A stretch of 64,000 nucleotides of DNA, from assembly GCA_951406725.2 (NCBI GenBank), contig OX597816.1:3038001-3102000 (forward strand), written 5' to 3'. The stretch's first letter is position 1, and each line of letters starts with the position of its first letter. Under the pieces are notes generated by a model. That model worked only from the letters and a program-made list of their open reading frames with translations. It searched no databases and was not told where the DNA came from. This document shows, piece by piece, positions 26,464 through 41,275 of this stretch. This DNA is from Octopus vulgaris. Taxonomy: Eukaryota. The position numbers and the translations under genes were made by a program.

Positions 26464-26525
26464 CCAGATTTGAGTCGGTCGTCAAAGACATCGTCCTGCT
26501 CCGATTCGCTCAGGCTTCTTTTCAT
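26464..26525 (-). CDS. Hey: Hey coding exon 1 (MKRSLSESEQDDVFDDRLKS-G)
   Basis: ATG at 26525 preceded by an in-frame TAA 8 codons upstream; donor GG|GTAAGT; 62 nt (phase 2) matches exon 2; KRxLSES-acidic N-terminus is typical of Hey proteins. Confidence 0.88.
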
Positions 26526-27699
26526 TGTGAAATACAGCTTGAACGGTTATGTGGGGAACTTGAAAGAGATGAGGTAAGTTTAGCAACTGAATGCCAAAAA
26601 CTGCAAACCCAAACAAACACGGGTTCGAGATCCAGTTGGAAGAGCAAGAAAGCAATATATATATATATTGTATATATATATATTCTTTTTTTTCGGTGTT
26701 TCCGTTCTTTGTTCACAATGGATATGTTGGAGTTATTATCCTTCAATATTTAACGGAAGGAAGCGAAGAGGAATTGAAGAATAAAGATTGAGAATATCTC
26801 TCAGAGAGCGATATTAAATTGTGTATGTAATGAAAGAGGAAGACAATGAGACGAGTAATTAAATGAATGCAATTATTATTATGACGATCATTAATAATCG
26901 CAAAAATAGGAAGTGCAAAGATCGGGTGTTTTTTTCTTCTGGTGAGAATAAATAACTTTCACTTTTGTGGAGTCGGCGGCATGTGTAGGTATCATCAAAT
27001 ATATTTGGATATCTATCGTATATGTGACCAGTGTTGATGTATCGTGCAAAGTAGGGCCAACTGCTTGGGACAGAAACGACACAGCAACAATTATAATTCT
27101 GGTAATTACGATATCTTCAAACACTTATTAAATCTTGCTGTTATCAAGAGATCCGTTAGATTTATGAAAACTTATATGAACACCTAGAAATGTTTAATTT
27201 CGAAGTTTCAAATATATAACAACTATTATTTATTGTTATGCTTGTTAATATAATAATAATAATAATTAATATTATTATAATTTGTGTGTTTGTTATTATT
27301 TTGTTATGTTCTGTGATTATAATATTTTCATTGCTTATTATTTATAAATGAAAAATTAATGACAACAGCAAAATTTGTAATAACGAAGATATAAACAGAA
27401 TCTTATTCAAAATCTCATCGTTATTATTGTATTTGCTGTTGGTGATAATGTTTTCATCGATGGCTGATAATGCTGTTGACGTTTTTGGTTCTTAAAAAAG
27501 TTTCTTCAAAGTCGGGTGCAGGTTGTTGTTATTATTGTTTGTTGAAAAAAGTTCCACTTGTAGTAAAATTGTAAACGCGGGGCCCCAAAAAAGGACAAAA
27601 AGAAACAGGAAGACCCCGAACAGGTAGCTTGAATGTATGTAATGGAAACGGAAGAAGAAGAAGAAGAAGAAGAAGGAGTTGTTGTTGATGATAAAAAAA

Positions 27700-28663
27700 A
27701 AAGAAGGAACAGAAAAAGCCGCGTGTTCAAATGATTGAAAGTAAAGACCGGACAGGTAAAATAGGCGCACTGCATGCGTGTTGCCGTACGTCCGTCGTCG
27801 AAGCGTGCGTGGGTACGTGTGCTGGTCCCTAGGCGCGTGTGCCTACTTTAACCTCCCCGACAGTCGGCCCGACGGAAGGCGGACGATGACGGAGACGACG
27901 GCGACGGAGACGGAGACGAGGAGGTGAAGGAAGAGTAAGGGTTCACTGTGTTAGCAGTAGCAGTAGCAGCAGTAGTAATAGCTTCGTTGTTGGTGGTGGT
28001 GGTGTGGTGGTGATGGTGGTGATAGTGACAGTGGTGGTAGGGGGAGGTAAGTTTTCGAAAGAAAAGGAAAACGAAGAAGAAACATAGTGGGAGGAGGCGG
28101 CGGTAGATTGTGAAAGAAGGTGGGAGGAAGACGAGGCGAAGGCGCAAGTAGTGTACAAGGAAGGGAGGGTAAAAGGATTAGATGGGGGGGAAAGAGTTGT
28201 AGCGAGAGAAAGCAGAAATACAGCAGCAGCAGTAGTAAGGGAGGAGGAGGAGGAGAGAAGAGAGCCTGATAGTTTCTACTCCTCCCCCTTCTCCTCCTCT
28301 ATAACTTCTATTCTTCTCTCTCTCTTTCTCTTTTCTTTCCACCAAAAAAAGTTTTGGAGAAAAGATACACGCACACACGCGCGCGCTCTCACACATGCGT
28401 ACACACGTATCTACTACACACGCACACGCGTGCGTACACACGAACACGCACACACACACACACACGCACAAACGCACTTGCACACGCACACATGCGCACA
28501 CGTACACACGCGCACACGCGCGCACCCACTGAATAAATAGTGTACATAATAAATAAATATCGAAATAAATCTAGTTGGAACTGTGTGTGCCATGCGCCGC
28601 CGCCGTGCGCCGCCGTGCCGCCTCCCAACACTGACCGCCTCCTTCGCATACGCCACTTTCCTT

Positions 28664-28698
<35 letters not shown>

Positions 28699-28830
28699 TC
28701 ACTTTCCTTCTTTCTTTCCTTCTTTCTTTCTTTCATTTCGGCAGATTTCCGGTCTTTTCATTGGCTGCTTCTTGGCATTAATTAACATGGTAATGGTGGA
28801 GACGGCGGTGATTAATTAACGCAGCCGTGG
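27700..28830 (-). promoter_or_regulatory. CpG/GC-rich putative Hey promoter and 5' region
   Basis: Local CpG enrichment 1.2-2.3 kb upstream of the ATG; CCAAT on minus strand at about 28760; CACGCG class-C box on minus at 27834-27839; possible 5'UTR acceptor gtttgcAG at about 26602. Confidence 0.5.
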
Positions 28831-28842
28831 TGATAGTCATTC

Positions 28843-28889
<47 letters not shown>

Positions 28890-29392
28890 GTCCGCATATA
28901 CGTACATACACCAAGAGGGGGCCCCGGTGCGTGGATAACTTAGCTTCATAGCCCCGACATCAAACTTCTCTCTCCAAATAAACTAACAAATAAATAAATA
29001 CATAAATGAACGAAGAACAAACTTTGTAGCGAGTCTGATTGGGTCTGTTTGCGCATGCGCAGAGAACACACACGTACACATGCACACAAACACGCGCACA
29101 TGCACGCGCACACACGTATCTATGTATATACACACACACATACACGTCCGCAATAGACATATGAATACATGTGCAGATAAACACTCACACACACATGCAC
29201 ACGCTTACATAGAGGACACACACACACAGAGGCACACACACATTCACATATACACACACACACACATTCACGTATATATATATATATATATATACACACA
29301 CGCACGCTCGCGCGCACATTGCTGTATTTTTATTTGAATTAAAACCAGAGACTTTTGCTATGTTCGCGTGTTCGCTCGCATGCCTCTGTGTG

Positions 29393-29435
<43 letters not shown>

Positions 29436-29709
29436 GTGTGTGGCTTGCCTGGCCTTGTGCTGCTGCTTGGCTGCCGTGTGTGTTCGTGTGTTCGCTCCAA
29501 CGGGTGCGCGCGTGTGTCTATGTAAACGTGTGTGTGTGTTCGCTTGTTTATTCTCTGAATTCGTCCCTACTCCTTTCTCTCTCTCTCTCTCTCTTGCTCT
29601 CCCTCATTCCTTCTCACTCTACTTCACTTCTTTTCTCTATCTATCTCAACCTCTCTCCTCTCTCACACATCCTCCCTTTCTCTCTCTATATATATCTATC
29701 TGTCCATCC

Positions 29710-29827
<118 letters not shown>

Positions 29828-29838
29828 ATATCTATCTA

Positions 29839-29953
<115 letters not shown>

Positions 29954-31613
29954 GTGTGTGTGTGTGTATATATATATATGTATATATGTATGTGCACATA
30001 TATATTTACACATAGAGGCTTAGTCGAGACGTTCGCTTTTCAGCCTCATGGCTCCAGATTCTGTCCCACGGCACCTCTTTAGACAAATGTCTTCGACTGT
30101 TGCGTCCAGTCCATCAATGCCTTGTCTTTGGAAATGGAAGACGGAAACCATGTGTGTGTGTGTGTGTATGTGTGTGTGTGTCCGTCCATCCGTGCTCGTG
30201 TGCGTGTGTCTGTCGTGTGTACGTGTCTGTCTGTTTGAACGTGGGTGTTTAACAAACTCTCATCACTATTGTTGCTTGTTTTGTCCCATTTTGTCACCTG
30301 ACATAGCGATTCGACAATTAGATCTCGATAATAAATACAATACTGGAATATATGCTGGGGTAGATTTCATGAACAAAACCAGTATTTCTAAAAAAGGATG
30401 GTGTACCTTTAAAAACTGTAAAGCGAAGGGCAGACCCCCTGCTATGTCTAAATGAAAATCAAGAGGATTTTAAACTTTTTAAACTTTTGCCGTTTTGCCA
30501 TTGTTGAATTGAAACGTTAGAATGCTACAACGGCAGAATGGTGCCCGCTCGACTTTGTTTCCTCATTACTTTCTAAAAATGCTGATTTCTAAGTGAAATT
30601 TTGCCGACATCTTTTCGAAGGTTTAGACAACAATTCCTTCTAAACATTTATTTTCATCTTTTACTTGTTTCAGTCCTTGGACTGCGGCCATGCTAGGGCA
30701 CCACCTTAAAGACCCTAGGATTTATTTTTTAAAATCTGATACTTTCTCTGTCGGTCTCTTTTGCTAAGCTGCTATGTTACGGGGACGTAAACAAACCAAC
30801 AGGGACAAACATGAACACACACACACACACATAGATAACACACACATAGATACATGTATATATATATATATATATTTTTTTTTACCGAATATGGTCCTTT
30901 TCCATACCGAAATACTACTAGGTGAAATTTGTTGATTTTATTAAATTAATTATATTTCACCCTATATCTGTATATATATATATATGTATATATACGACAG
31001 GATTCTTTTAGTTTCCGTCTATCGAGTTCCCTTATAAGGCTTTGATTGACCCGATGTTTGAGTAAAAGATACTTTCCCAAGGAGTCACGCAATTAGGTGT
31101 CCCATAGACTTCGCTACTTCATAACTATACGAATAAAAAAAAAAAAAAAAAGGTTGGGGGTAATATTTTAGAAGTTTTGCCGGAATACGCTTTCAAGGGT
31201 ATCGATCAAAATTATTTTGTTTAAATTGAGGGGGAAGAAACAAAAAATAAAAGACTTTTGGACGAGTTCCAGCTCGCTTTTCCATTTCCTATCTCGACTT
31301 TTGTTACCACAATTTCGGAAACTTTTTTGCACGCACGTGTGTTTCTACGTGCGTTTGGGCGTGGGTATGTGTGTGTCTGTGTTTGTATTCACGCGTGTGC
31401 ACGCATTGGTGTGTGTGTGTGTGTCCTATGTGTGTTTGTGTCTTTAAGCATGTGGCGCAAATGTGTGTGGGTGTATGTAATGTTGACATACCAAGCGCGT
31501 AAGCGTGTGTGCGTGTGTATTCGCATGTCGAGGGTGCGCGCGGATCTGGTACGCGTGCATGTTCACGAGTTATATGGTGTGTGTGCGTGCGTGTATGTGC
31601 GTGTGTGCGTGCG

Positions 31614-31650
<37 letters not shown>

Positions 31651-32340
31651 ATTTATGTATGTTTATTCAGATGTATATAGCTATATATGTTTGTTTGTTT
31701 CCGCATGTGCTGTCAAAGCCGGATTAAAGCCCACCGAGGCCCGAAGCACTGGAAAGATTTTGGTGCCCCTATACAGATGTAATTCAAAATATAAACAATT
31801 ATACACCCTGGACTAAATTTTTATTTTTCAAAACGAAGCAAAACTAACAAAAAGATGGAAAATAAAGTTTATTTTCGTTTATTTATATTCGAAGAATATA
31901 AATAAGAAATAAGTGGAAATTTTACCGGTGAGTGTGTTACATTATAAGGCACAAAAAGAAAATGACTCTCCCCAGACACAACAGAATATGCTTCAACACA
32001 CGAACTCATATAAAGAATCTTGCAAACCAAATCCAAAAACGAAATATATTCGAAGAGTTTTCTCCTACATTTTTAAGTCTTTCATCAGATCCTCATTCTA
32101 ACACCACGAACACTTCGAGATTATATTTCCAATCGTATAAACCTATTCGAATATTATTTTATCAAGTTTAAAGGTGATTTCTTTTGTGCCGTAAACCTTT
32201 TACCATTTCTGTATCCCCCCCACCACTTCCCTAGATGCCCTATGCATGTGTTTAGTTTATTTAATGGTTAATCCAGAGCTGCATGTTGTACACGTATGTC
32301 GTCTTCCTTAAAAAAAAAAGAAAAAAATGTATTTGAAGTA

Positions 32341-32502
32341 GGTGCAGGAATGGCTGTGTGGTAAGTAGCTTGCTAACCAACCACATGGTTCTGGGTTCAG
32401 TCCCACTGCGTGGCATCTTGGGCAAGTGTCTTCTGCTATAGCCCCGGGCCGACCAATGCCTTGTGAGTGGATTTGGTAGACGGAAACTGAAAGAAGCCCA
32501 TC

Positions 32503-32545
<43 letters not shown>

Positions 32546-32765
32546 AGTTTGTGTGTCTGTGTTTGTTCCCCTAGCATTGCTTGACAACCGATGCTGGTGT
32601 GTTTACGTCCCCATCACTTAGCGGTTCGGGAAAAGAGACCGATAGAATAAGTACTGGGCTTACAAAGAATAAGTCCCGGGGTCGATTTGCTCGACTAAAG
32701 GCGGTGCTCCAGCATGGCCACAGTCAAATGACCGAAACAAGTAAAAGAGTAAAAGAGTAAAAGAG
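32341..32765 (+). mobile_element. SINE family A, full length
   Basis: GGtGCAGG-TGGCTGTGTGG A-box region, GGGTTCAGTCCC B box, internal microsatellite, (GTAAAAGA)n tail. Confidence 0.9.
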
Positions 32766-33528
32766 AAGTCTTCCCGTAAGGAAGGAGCTGGTTTCAAACA
32801 AAGAATCGAAGTTCCGTCACGAATTAAGGGTTCCGGGTTAAAACTTACATCTTCGGTGTTCAGTTTATTGATTGGATTTGTGAAGTTCGTTTTATCGATC
32901 TCGCTTTTCTGCTTCAAAAAACTCTGAGTTTTCCAAATGGTCTCTCAGACATTTTACTAACAAAGCGAAAGAAAACCGATTACTATTGATGTAAATGAGA
33001 ATTTGCAGATGGGATCGAAAAGATGTAGGCTTGGCTTGTGTATGTATGTATGTATGTATGTATGTATGTATGTATGTATGTATGTATATGTTTGTGTAAG
33101 TATTTATATATAAATATATAAATACAAACTGGGACAAGAACGCAAAACATCCAAATAGACGACACAAAAAACACGGACGGGACATTTGAAGCCTTCAATC
33201 TTCAGTCAAGAACCGGATCATCCAATGCATGTATGTATGTATGTATGAGTGTGTGTATGTATGTATGTGTGTGTGTTTGTATGTATGTGTGTATGTATGT
33301 ATGTATGAATGTATGCATGTATGTATGTGTGTGTATGTATGTATGTATGTATGTATGTATGTATGTATGTATGTATGTATGTATGAGTGTATTTATGTAT
33401 GTATGTATGTATGTATGTATGTATGTATGTATGTATGTATATACGTATCTATGTGTGTATGTATGTATGTATGTATGTATATATGTTTGTATGTATGTAT
33501 GTATGTATATATGTATGTATGTATGTAT

Positions 33529-33562
<34 letters not shown>

Positions 33563-33701
33563 TAAGGTATGTAGAAAAATACAACATGGACAAGAACGTA
33601 TAACTCTTAGAAGACGATACAACAAACACGGACAGGACATTCGAAACCCCCAGTCCCCAGTCAAGAACCGGATCATCGTAGCAACTTCGGCTGATTAATC
33701 T

Positions 33702-33772
<71 letters not shown>

Positions 33773-34934
33773 TTATCTCTATATGAATGCGTGTATATAT
33801 GTATGAATAAATGTATGTATGTGTATATCTGTGTATGTATATATAGACATGTATGTATATGTATATACGTAAGTCTGTATGTCTGTCTGTATCTATTTAT
33901 GTATGTATGTATGTGTGTGTATGTGTGTGAGCGTATATGCGAAGATATGCGTGTGTGATAGATTGTGTGTGTATAGAGTTTTCATTTTACAGGTATGCTG
34001 TGTGTATAGATTTGTGTGTATGTGTGGTTCATGTATGTGTGTGTGTGTGTGTGTATGAGTGTCCTATATATGTGTATGTATTGTGTACGTGGTTGTATTA
34101 TTGTAGTATGTATGCGCCAGATGTGTATATGCAAGTATGGTTGGTGCACACACATATATGTGTGTGTATGTGTGCGAGTGCATCAACTTGTGTAGCTGAT
34201 TTGAAGTGCGTGTGTGTATGTGTGTATGTATTTGCGTGTGTGTGTGCGTGTGTGTACGCGCGTGCGCGTGCGTCTACATCAAAAAGTTTGTCCAAACTTT
34301 ACAGGTGTCTGAATTTGTTCAGGTGCGCGCGAGTGCGTGTGAGTGTGTTTGTGTGCGTGTGCGTGTGTGTGTGTGTGTGTACGTGTGTGTATGTGTGTAT
34401 ATGTGTATGTGTTTGTGCGTGAAATCTGTATGAAGATGTGTGTATTTGTCTTATCCTATACCAACCCTGTATGCGTGAATAGTGCCCGGCAGTAAGCGTG
34501 GCCTGTAATCCAAGCCAAAAGAAAGGCATCAATGAACGTTACATAATCCCAACTAACCCGATATATACATTGTGTTAATCCATAAAGCCAATTCTCCTCT
34601 CGTCCTTCTTTTCTCTTTGTTTCTCCGCCCCGTCCATGACATACACGCGCGTACACTGACATACATGCACGCACGCACGCGCAGTCAGTACGCTCACATC
34701 CACACGTTAAACACAGACACATCAAAACAACCAAGTACACATACATACAATCCCACAAGTACATACATACATACATACATACATACATACATACATACAT
34801 ACATACACAGTGGCCCAGCAACAAAATTTGCTAAGGGGGTGCAAACCTAGGTCCTAATATTTTTATGAAAAATGTGGATTTTTCCAATGTTAACATTAAA
34901 ACAAATGCAGGTATATAATACTAATTGTTATTAT

Positions 34935-35040
34935 TATGAGGGTCGGCTGAGATGTTCATAATCTGAGCAAGACACTCTCAATCGGATCTGACCAAATGAA
35001 GTTCATTTTCTAACATAGTTGCTCTTACTCTCCACCCACA
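34935..35040 (+). mobile_element. Mariner-like terminal fragment abutting the LINE 3' end
   Basis: TAtGAGGGTCGGCTGAgAtGTTCATA... resembles mariner TIR starts (TACGAGGG...GAAAAGTT); recognition only, no partner TIR seen. Confidence 0.4.
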
Positions 35041-38000
35041 GAGAAATGGACAGAACAACTGACGGGATCAGCGAAGTGATATGATTTTACATATAAAGGG
35101 ACCGTAAAAATTTAAATACAATAGAAAAAAATGGAATGGAATTAACAATACAAATACAATACAAATGAAGCAATGATCAGGCCACGCTCCGACCCCACAA
35201 ACCCCGATCTACCGCTGGTACCTTTATTTTCTTCTTTTTTTCCCCGTCTATTCACACGGTTCCTTGCACGCACAACACTCGTGCTACATGCTTCCATCTC
35301 TTTTGGAACGTACACTCCGACAGACATCTCTTCTCCTGCGACAGCTTCCTTTTCAAATGAAAAGAAAAAACAATGATCGTAAATTGAGGCCAGAGATAAA
35401 GTTGCCTGTCTTAATTCCTTTTATCCTAGTCTTCCATACTGCCTCTTTCGCTATTGCTACAACCATGAGAAAACAATTCTTACCTTCGTTCGTTAAAACT
35501 CCCGGTGGGTCAATTTTTATAATTGACTCAGTCGACAGCTGTACTCTTCCTTCGCCGGACAACAGGTGTTCAGCATAAGCCCACATTTCAGTTATCTCCA
35601 GACACTGAAAAATAGCGTGAGGGACAGTTTCTCTGTCCCCACCCCGGCATCTTGGACAGGTCGGCGACTGACGTTTACCATGTCTTGCGAGCTTATCCCA
35701 AACGGGCAAGGTACCTCTGTAGAATTGCTAGGTTAAGGAATTTTGGAAGTTACTCAACGTTCTCAACCCGAATGTACAGTGAAACAAGCTGTCCAGTTGA
35801 ATAAACCCGAGACCTAGAGTCACCCCCAGGCCATCGTCGCATTCAGACTCTACTATATAAAATCCACTATATAAAATCCGTGTGGAACCCCCACCGCTGG
35901 CGTTGCTCGAGCGCCGGAATAGCAAGAGGGCCTTACGGCATTCTTTGTGCCACTCACTCGACCTCGGTCTACGAGAACACCAGGCATCCTGTTCGCAAAA
36001 GTTTTGAACTCGGGGAAGATTTGTCTGGCCAGCAGAGACCACACTCGTCCACTATCCAGGAGAATCCAGAGGTGCCTCAACCTCAACGCATATCTGCGCA
36101 TCATTAACCAAGGCGTCCCTAAACCTCCCTTTAAAGGCTTTTGACAGAAGACAGAGCGTTTCACAAGTGGCGACCTGCCCTTCCACAAAAAGCGAAAGAG
36201 CTGTCTCTCATACCTGATCAACCACGAATCCGGACAGGGCACGACGGTCAGGCAGTAGGTAATGACCGATGCGATAAACACATTGGCCACCTCCGCCCTC
36301 CCTTTCAGGGATAGCCATCGCCAAGACCAGGTCTTGACTACTGCAGCCACCCTGCTCAATACCTCCGTCCAGTTCTTCTCTATCTGGAGGCCTGGTCCAA
36401 ACCAAACTCCCAGCAACTTAACCGGTCCCTCCGTCCAGCGCCCAACAACGCTGTCTGAAGGCATCGACTTGCCAACCCAGGTGCCGAGCTGCAAGCCGAC
36501 CGACTTTTCCCGGTTAATCTTTGCTCCTGCTACCACCTCGTAAGCCTCAATAGTCTTACCCGCTTCACGTAGGCGTGCGACTGTGGTTACACTGATAGTG
36601 ATATCATCCGTGTAAGCCATAACAAACTCCTCTAGACCTGGTTCTCTCGGGATGCCACTCAATCTTGGCAGTAATGGCTCGAGAGCCATTACATACAAAA
36701 GTGGTGAGAGCGGACATCCTTGACGAACCGATCGTCTGATGCAGAACGGCTTCGGAAGGAAACTATCGAGTCAATGTTGTGGTACAAAGCGATAAACCAC
36801 CTGAGGAAGCCAAGACCCAGGCCAAACCGCGCAAGCACAGTTGCCAGGTATAGATGGTCAACCCAATCAAAAGCTTTAGACTGGTCTAAAATGTACCAAT
36901 GCCCCACCTTTGACAGATTTATTACCAACCCTCTCTATGGTATAGCGAATAAGATGAAGGGTATCCTGAATGGTTCTGCCTGGGATGGCACATGTCTGTG
37001 CCTCCCCGACTATACCATTCGCGACACGCGCTAACCTTTTTGCTAAAACCTTGGCCAAAGTCTTCACTTCTGCATTTAACAGAGTGATGGGCCTGAAATT
37101 CTCTATAACATTCCTCTTGTCCGGGTCCTTTCTGACCAACGTCACTACTCCCCGGCGCACAGATCTGGGGATAAACCCATTCTGTTGCCAGTTCGTGTAT
37201 ACGTCAGCCAGTAGTTGCCCGAACAAGTCTGGCATACATTTATACAGCTCGTACGGAAGACCATCATGTCCCGGCGACTTACTCGCTTTACACTCGGCCA
37301 AAGTCTCCATCACCTCCACAGGCGTGATTGGGCCTTCGCAAGACTCCGCATCCGACCCCGAGAGACACAGCAGCCCGGCAAGAAAGTCCTCGAGGGCTCT
37401 CCCACCACCAGGACTGCCGCCACCCCCGAACAGCTGGGCGAAGTACTCCCGAAAGGCCTGACACATTTTCTCGGGTTCGTTTACCAAGACACCATTTTGA
37501 TTCGTCAAAGACCGAATAGAGGAACTATTTCCTTGCCGAGCTTCCACCACTCGGGCCCATCCAGCGGCTTTGATTCCTTCACTTCCCATTGCACGTAACT
37601 TAGCTCTGGCAGTACTTCCAATGTGTTGGGCTTCTAGATGCTGGTTTAACTCCAGTCTTTTCACCCTCGCTTTGTTCGCATTACCAGTCCACCAGGCTTC
37701 TTCTAGTTCCTAGAAGACCATCTATTCTACGTCCCTTCTTAACTAAAGTTATGCTAAACCTAATAGATTCATATCTGATGGCTCTTTTTAGGGCGTACCA
37801 CCATTTATTATTAATGATGGTACCTGTTAATGCCCTCTGTATTAACATCTTGATCTGCTTTCTGTACTCCTCAATCGCCAAAAGGGACGTATTGAGTTTC
37901 CAGTAGCAGATCCCTAACTATGCAACTTACCTATCGTCAGTTTACAGGTAACCATCTTGTGGTCACTGTAGCTGACTAGAAAAACTGTGGACACTCGGCT

Positions 38001-38432
38001 ATGGATTTATCTGTTTCTCTGATTAAAATCCTATGTTCTGGAAGACCCGTCACTATTTGACCACGTCCACTGTGGAGTGTTCGGGTGTTCCAACATATAT
38101 GGATCTGCTAGCTGAAATTGACTTAGCAGATCTCGTAAGCCTGGGTTACATTTTCTGTTCATGTTCGAGCTCGAGCCAACACAATCTGTGTGTGCTGCAC
38201 ATATTGTGTCAGTCTCCAAACAATACTAGCGAATGCGATGTGGCTAGGAACTTGCCCAGGTCACGAAAATATTCACTTTGCGGGCCCATAATGTTGGGTG
38301 CATAAATAGCGACTAGCCTGATTGTCTTGCCACAACTGAATGTCAGGTCAAGAACGACCAGCCTGCCTTCTGGGTCAGAAAAAAACCAACTTTATCTCGG
38401 CTACCCGGTTTCTTTTTAGTAGGACCAACACC
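35040..38432 (-). mobile_element. 5'-truncated, frameshifted L1/Tx1-clade non-LTR retrotransposon ORF2 (APE endonuclease, RT, CCHC finger)
   Basis: IYAPN and TWSN (EN), KSPGHDGLPYELY, NFRPITLLN, QTCAIPGR, DQSKAFDWVDH, RQGCPLSPLLY, AYTDD (YADD site), CPRC...HAIFQC; spread across several frames; ORF end TGA at 35254-35252. Confidence 0.9.
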
Positions 38433-38669
38433 CCAATGTGAATAGACGTGACTTACCTTTTAGATCGGGGCGTCCTATGGAGAGGGACTCTCCACCTTTT
38501 CTTGACTTAGGGTCGGAGATGGCAAACCTTCAAACATAGATTGGTGAAAATCAAGTCTCCATGTTGAGACCGATTTTCTATATGTGTTAGACAACATTGT
38601 ACGTTTTTTCGTCCAATTCATAAAATTCATAGTTTTTATATTTCTCTGACGCTCGGAAAGTGAGAAAGT

Positions 38670-38705
38670 CTTTTACATTTCGAGCCTTCGCTCTTCAACA
38701 GAAAG
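38670..38705 (-). ncRNA. Minimal hammerhead motif, family F2
   Basis: CTTT CTGTTGA A GAGC-GAAG-GCTC GAA ATGT A AAAG; A6>U. Confidence 0.6.
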
Positions 38706-38856
38706 GAACACAGAAATAAAAAGAGAGAGAAAATAGAAAAAGGCTTAGTGGCCAGCGATCTATCATGGCGAATGCCGGACACACACGCGCACACACAAAC
38801 ACACACATACACACAACACACACGCACATACACACACACACACATACACACACACA

Positions 38857-38888
<32 letters not shown>

Positions 38889-39721
38889 ACACACACATAT
38901 ATACCCAAGTGATAAGAAGAAAACAAAGAAAATTCTTAAGCACACCTTTAATGGTTCATTACAATTGTTTCTGCGCCAGCTCTATTTGCAACGCTACTTT
39001 ACGCAAACATTCCAAGTGAAAATTCACGTGTTGTCTGCGGTTTTAGACATTAAACTGGCACTTCATCTGATTTGTGTCAAAGGTGTGCTGTCACAGTGTG
39101 CGTAGTTTAATGAAACAGAAAAGCCATAGGGGTCAGCTGTTCTGCAGACGTGAACATCTTTTCTAGAATCAGCGAAAAGGAGAACATTTATGGACAACGG
39201 GTTCGAAACCTGCAAATCTTTCGCGTTGATAATATATTTTTATTCATACCGTAAATATTCGTGTGTTTCAGTGGTTCCAAACCGTTTCACATTGGTTACC
39301 AACCTTTTTATTTAAAAAAGTTTTCTCACGGATTCCTTTTAATATGCTTATACTTATGTATATATATATATATATATATATTGGAAGGTTTGGAGATGAT
39401 GTACAGGTATTTTATATTAGAGGAAATGAGGTACTCAGAAATTCGGATTGTTTTATATTTACAGATATTTATTTGTATATTACATGTTTTTATACATCAT
39501 ATAACTTATATCATATATCATATATTAGCGCTTTTGTCCATTCTGGTGGAGTTTTCAAATTGAACTAAGTTCTTCGGGAAAATTTTACTATTTTTATAGT
39601 ATATATCTATATACTTGAAATTACGAGGATGATCCGGTTCTTGACTGAAGATTGAAGGTGTTTTTTGTATCGTCTTCTAAATGTTTTGCGTTCTTGTATT
39701 TTTTTACATATACATATATAT

Positions 39722-39784
<63 letters not shown>

Positions 39785-39800
39785 CATACATATATATATA

Positions 39801-40174
39801 CTAGCAGTATCGCCCGGCGTTGCTCAGGTTTGTAAGGGAAATAACTATAAAGCATTTTTAGAGAGTTATAGCCAAAAAATAGCAAAAAAATGGAAAACAA
39901 ATTATGGTAAATTTTTTTTGAGAGTTAAAAAAGGTGGAGTTGCGTCCCCTAGACGGTCTGTGGTTTGGGTTTCTGATTCTCGACCCCATGTCGAATTTAT
40001 CGATTTTTTCAGAACTGGGGGAACTTTTCAAAATTTTCGCTGCGTTAGTTTTGAATTATGACATTGGGCTATGTGTGTGTCAAGTTTCATCAGAATCGGT
40101 TGAAAGCCGTGGTCAGAGTGAGGGTACGAGAAAACAGACACACAGAAAACGCACAGACAAACTGCCGTTTATAT

Positions 40175-40177
<3 letters not shown>
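39801..40177 (-). mobile_element. Non-autonomous Helitron sharing its 3' end with 6848-7302
   Basis: A|TCTATATAAAC start; hairpin-CGATACTG-CTAG|T end; embedded in (TA)n. Confidence 0.8.
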
Positions 40178-40230
<53 letters not shown>

Positions 40231-40798
40231 TGCGATGATTGACCGCTAGCTACTAAAGCGTTCTTTTTTTTTATTCTCTCCGTTTGTCCTGGGTTATATA
40301 AAAATATACTCGCCTAAGGTCCCGTGTAGTGGGACTGAACCTGAAACTACGTGGTCAGAAAGTGAGCTTCATAACCACAGGCATTCGCTTACGAAAAGAC
40401 AATAAATGCAGAAAATTCTTTGGAGAATTCCCACCCAGTTTACATGTTTACGTTCCTCTCCCAAGTTACTGGAACTCTTGGTGGTCTTAACCAATGTCTT
40501 TGTGGTTAATTGAGATCTTCAGGTAAACATAGACACCAGCTAATACATAAATTGCTAACTCTGTAAGCGGAACTGTAAAAATGTGCAAGACTTTTCTAAG
40601 GTTTATCGCGCAAATTAAACCAGGAGAAGAGAGAGAGAGGGAGAGAGAGAGAGAGCGTATGTGTGTGTGTGAGAGAGATAGAGATAGAGGGAGTATGTGT
40701 GTGTGTGAGAGAGAGAGAGAGAGCATGTATGTGCATGTGTGTGAATGTGAGTGTGAGTGTATGTGAGACAGACAGAATGTGAATGTGTGTATGAGTGC

Positions 40799-40829
<31 letters not shown>

Positions 40830-40963
40830 GGAGTGAGATTGTGTATGTGTGTGTGTGTGCGTGAGAGAGAAAGAATGTGTGTATGTGTGTGTGTGTGAGT
40901 GTGTGAGACAGAGAGAGAAAGAATGTGTGTATGTGCCTGTGTGTATGTGTGTGTGTGTGTGTC

Positions 40964-41055
<92 letters not shown>

Positions 41056-41065
41056 TTTGTGTGTT

Positions 41066-41099
<34 letters not shown>

Positions 41100-41190
41100 T
41101 ATGTGTGTATGTGTGTGAGAGAGAGAGAGAGAGCTAGCTTTGTTTCTTTGTTGGAAGCCAGCTCCGTCTTTGTAAGAACTTACATATTAA

Positions 41191-41228
<38 letters not shown>

Positions 41229-41230
41229 TT

Positions 41231-41275
<45 letters not shown>

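Noticed and set aside
33170-33700. Repeat family with gaCTGAAGA...CGAATGTC (also at 39625)
   Set aside because: A real dispersed repeat, but no A15.1-U16.1 pair or stem I, so not called as a ribozyme
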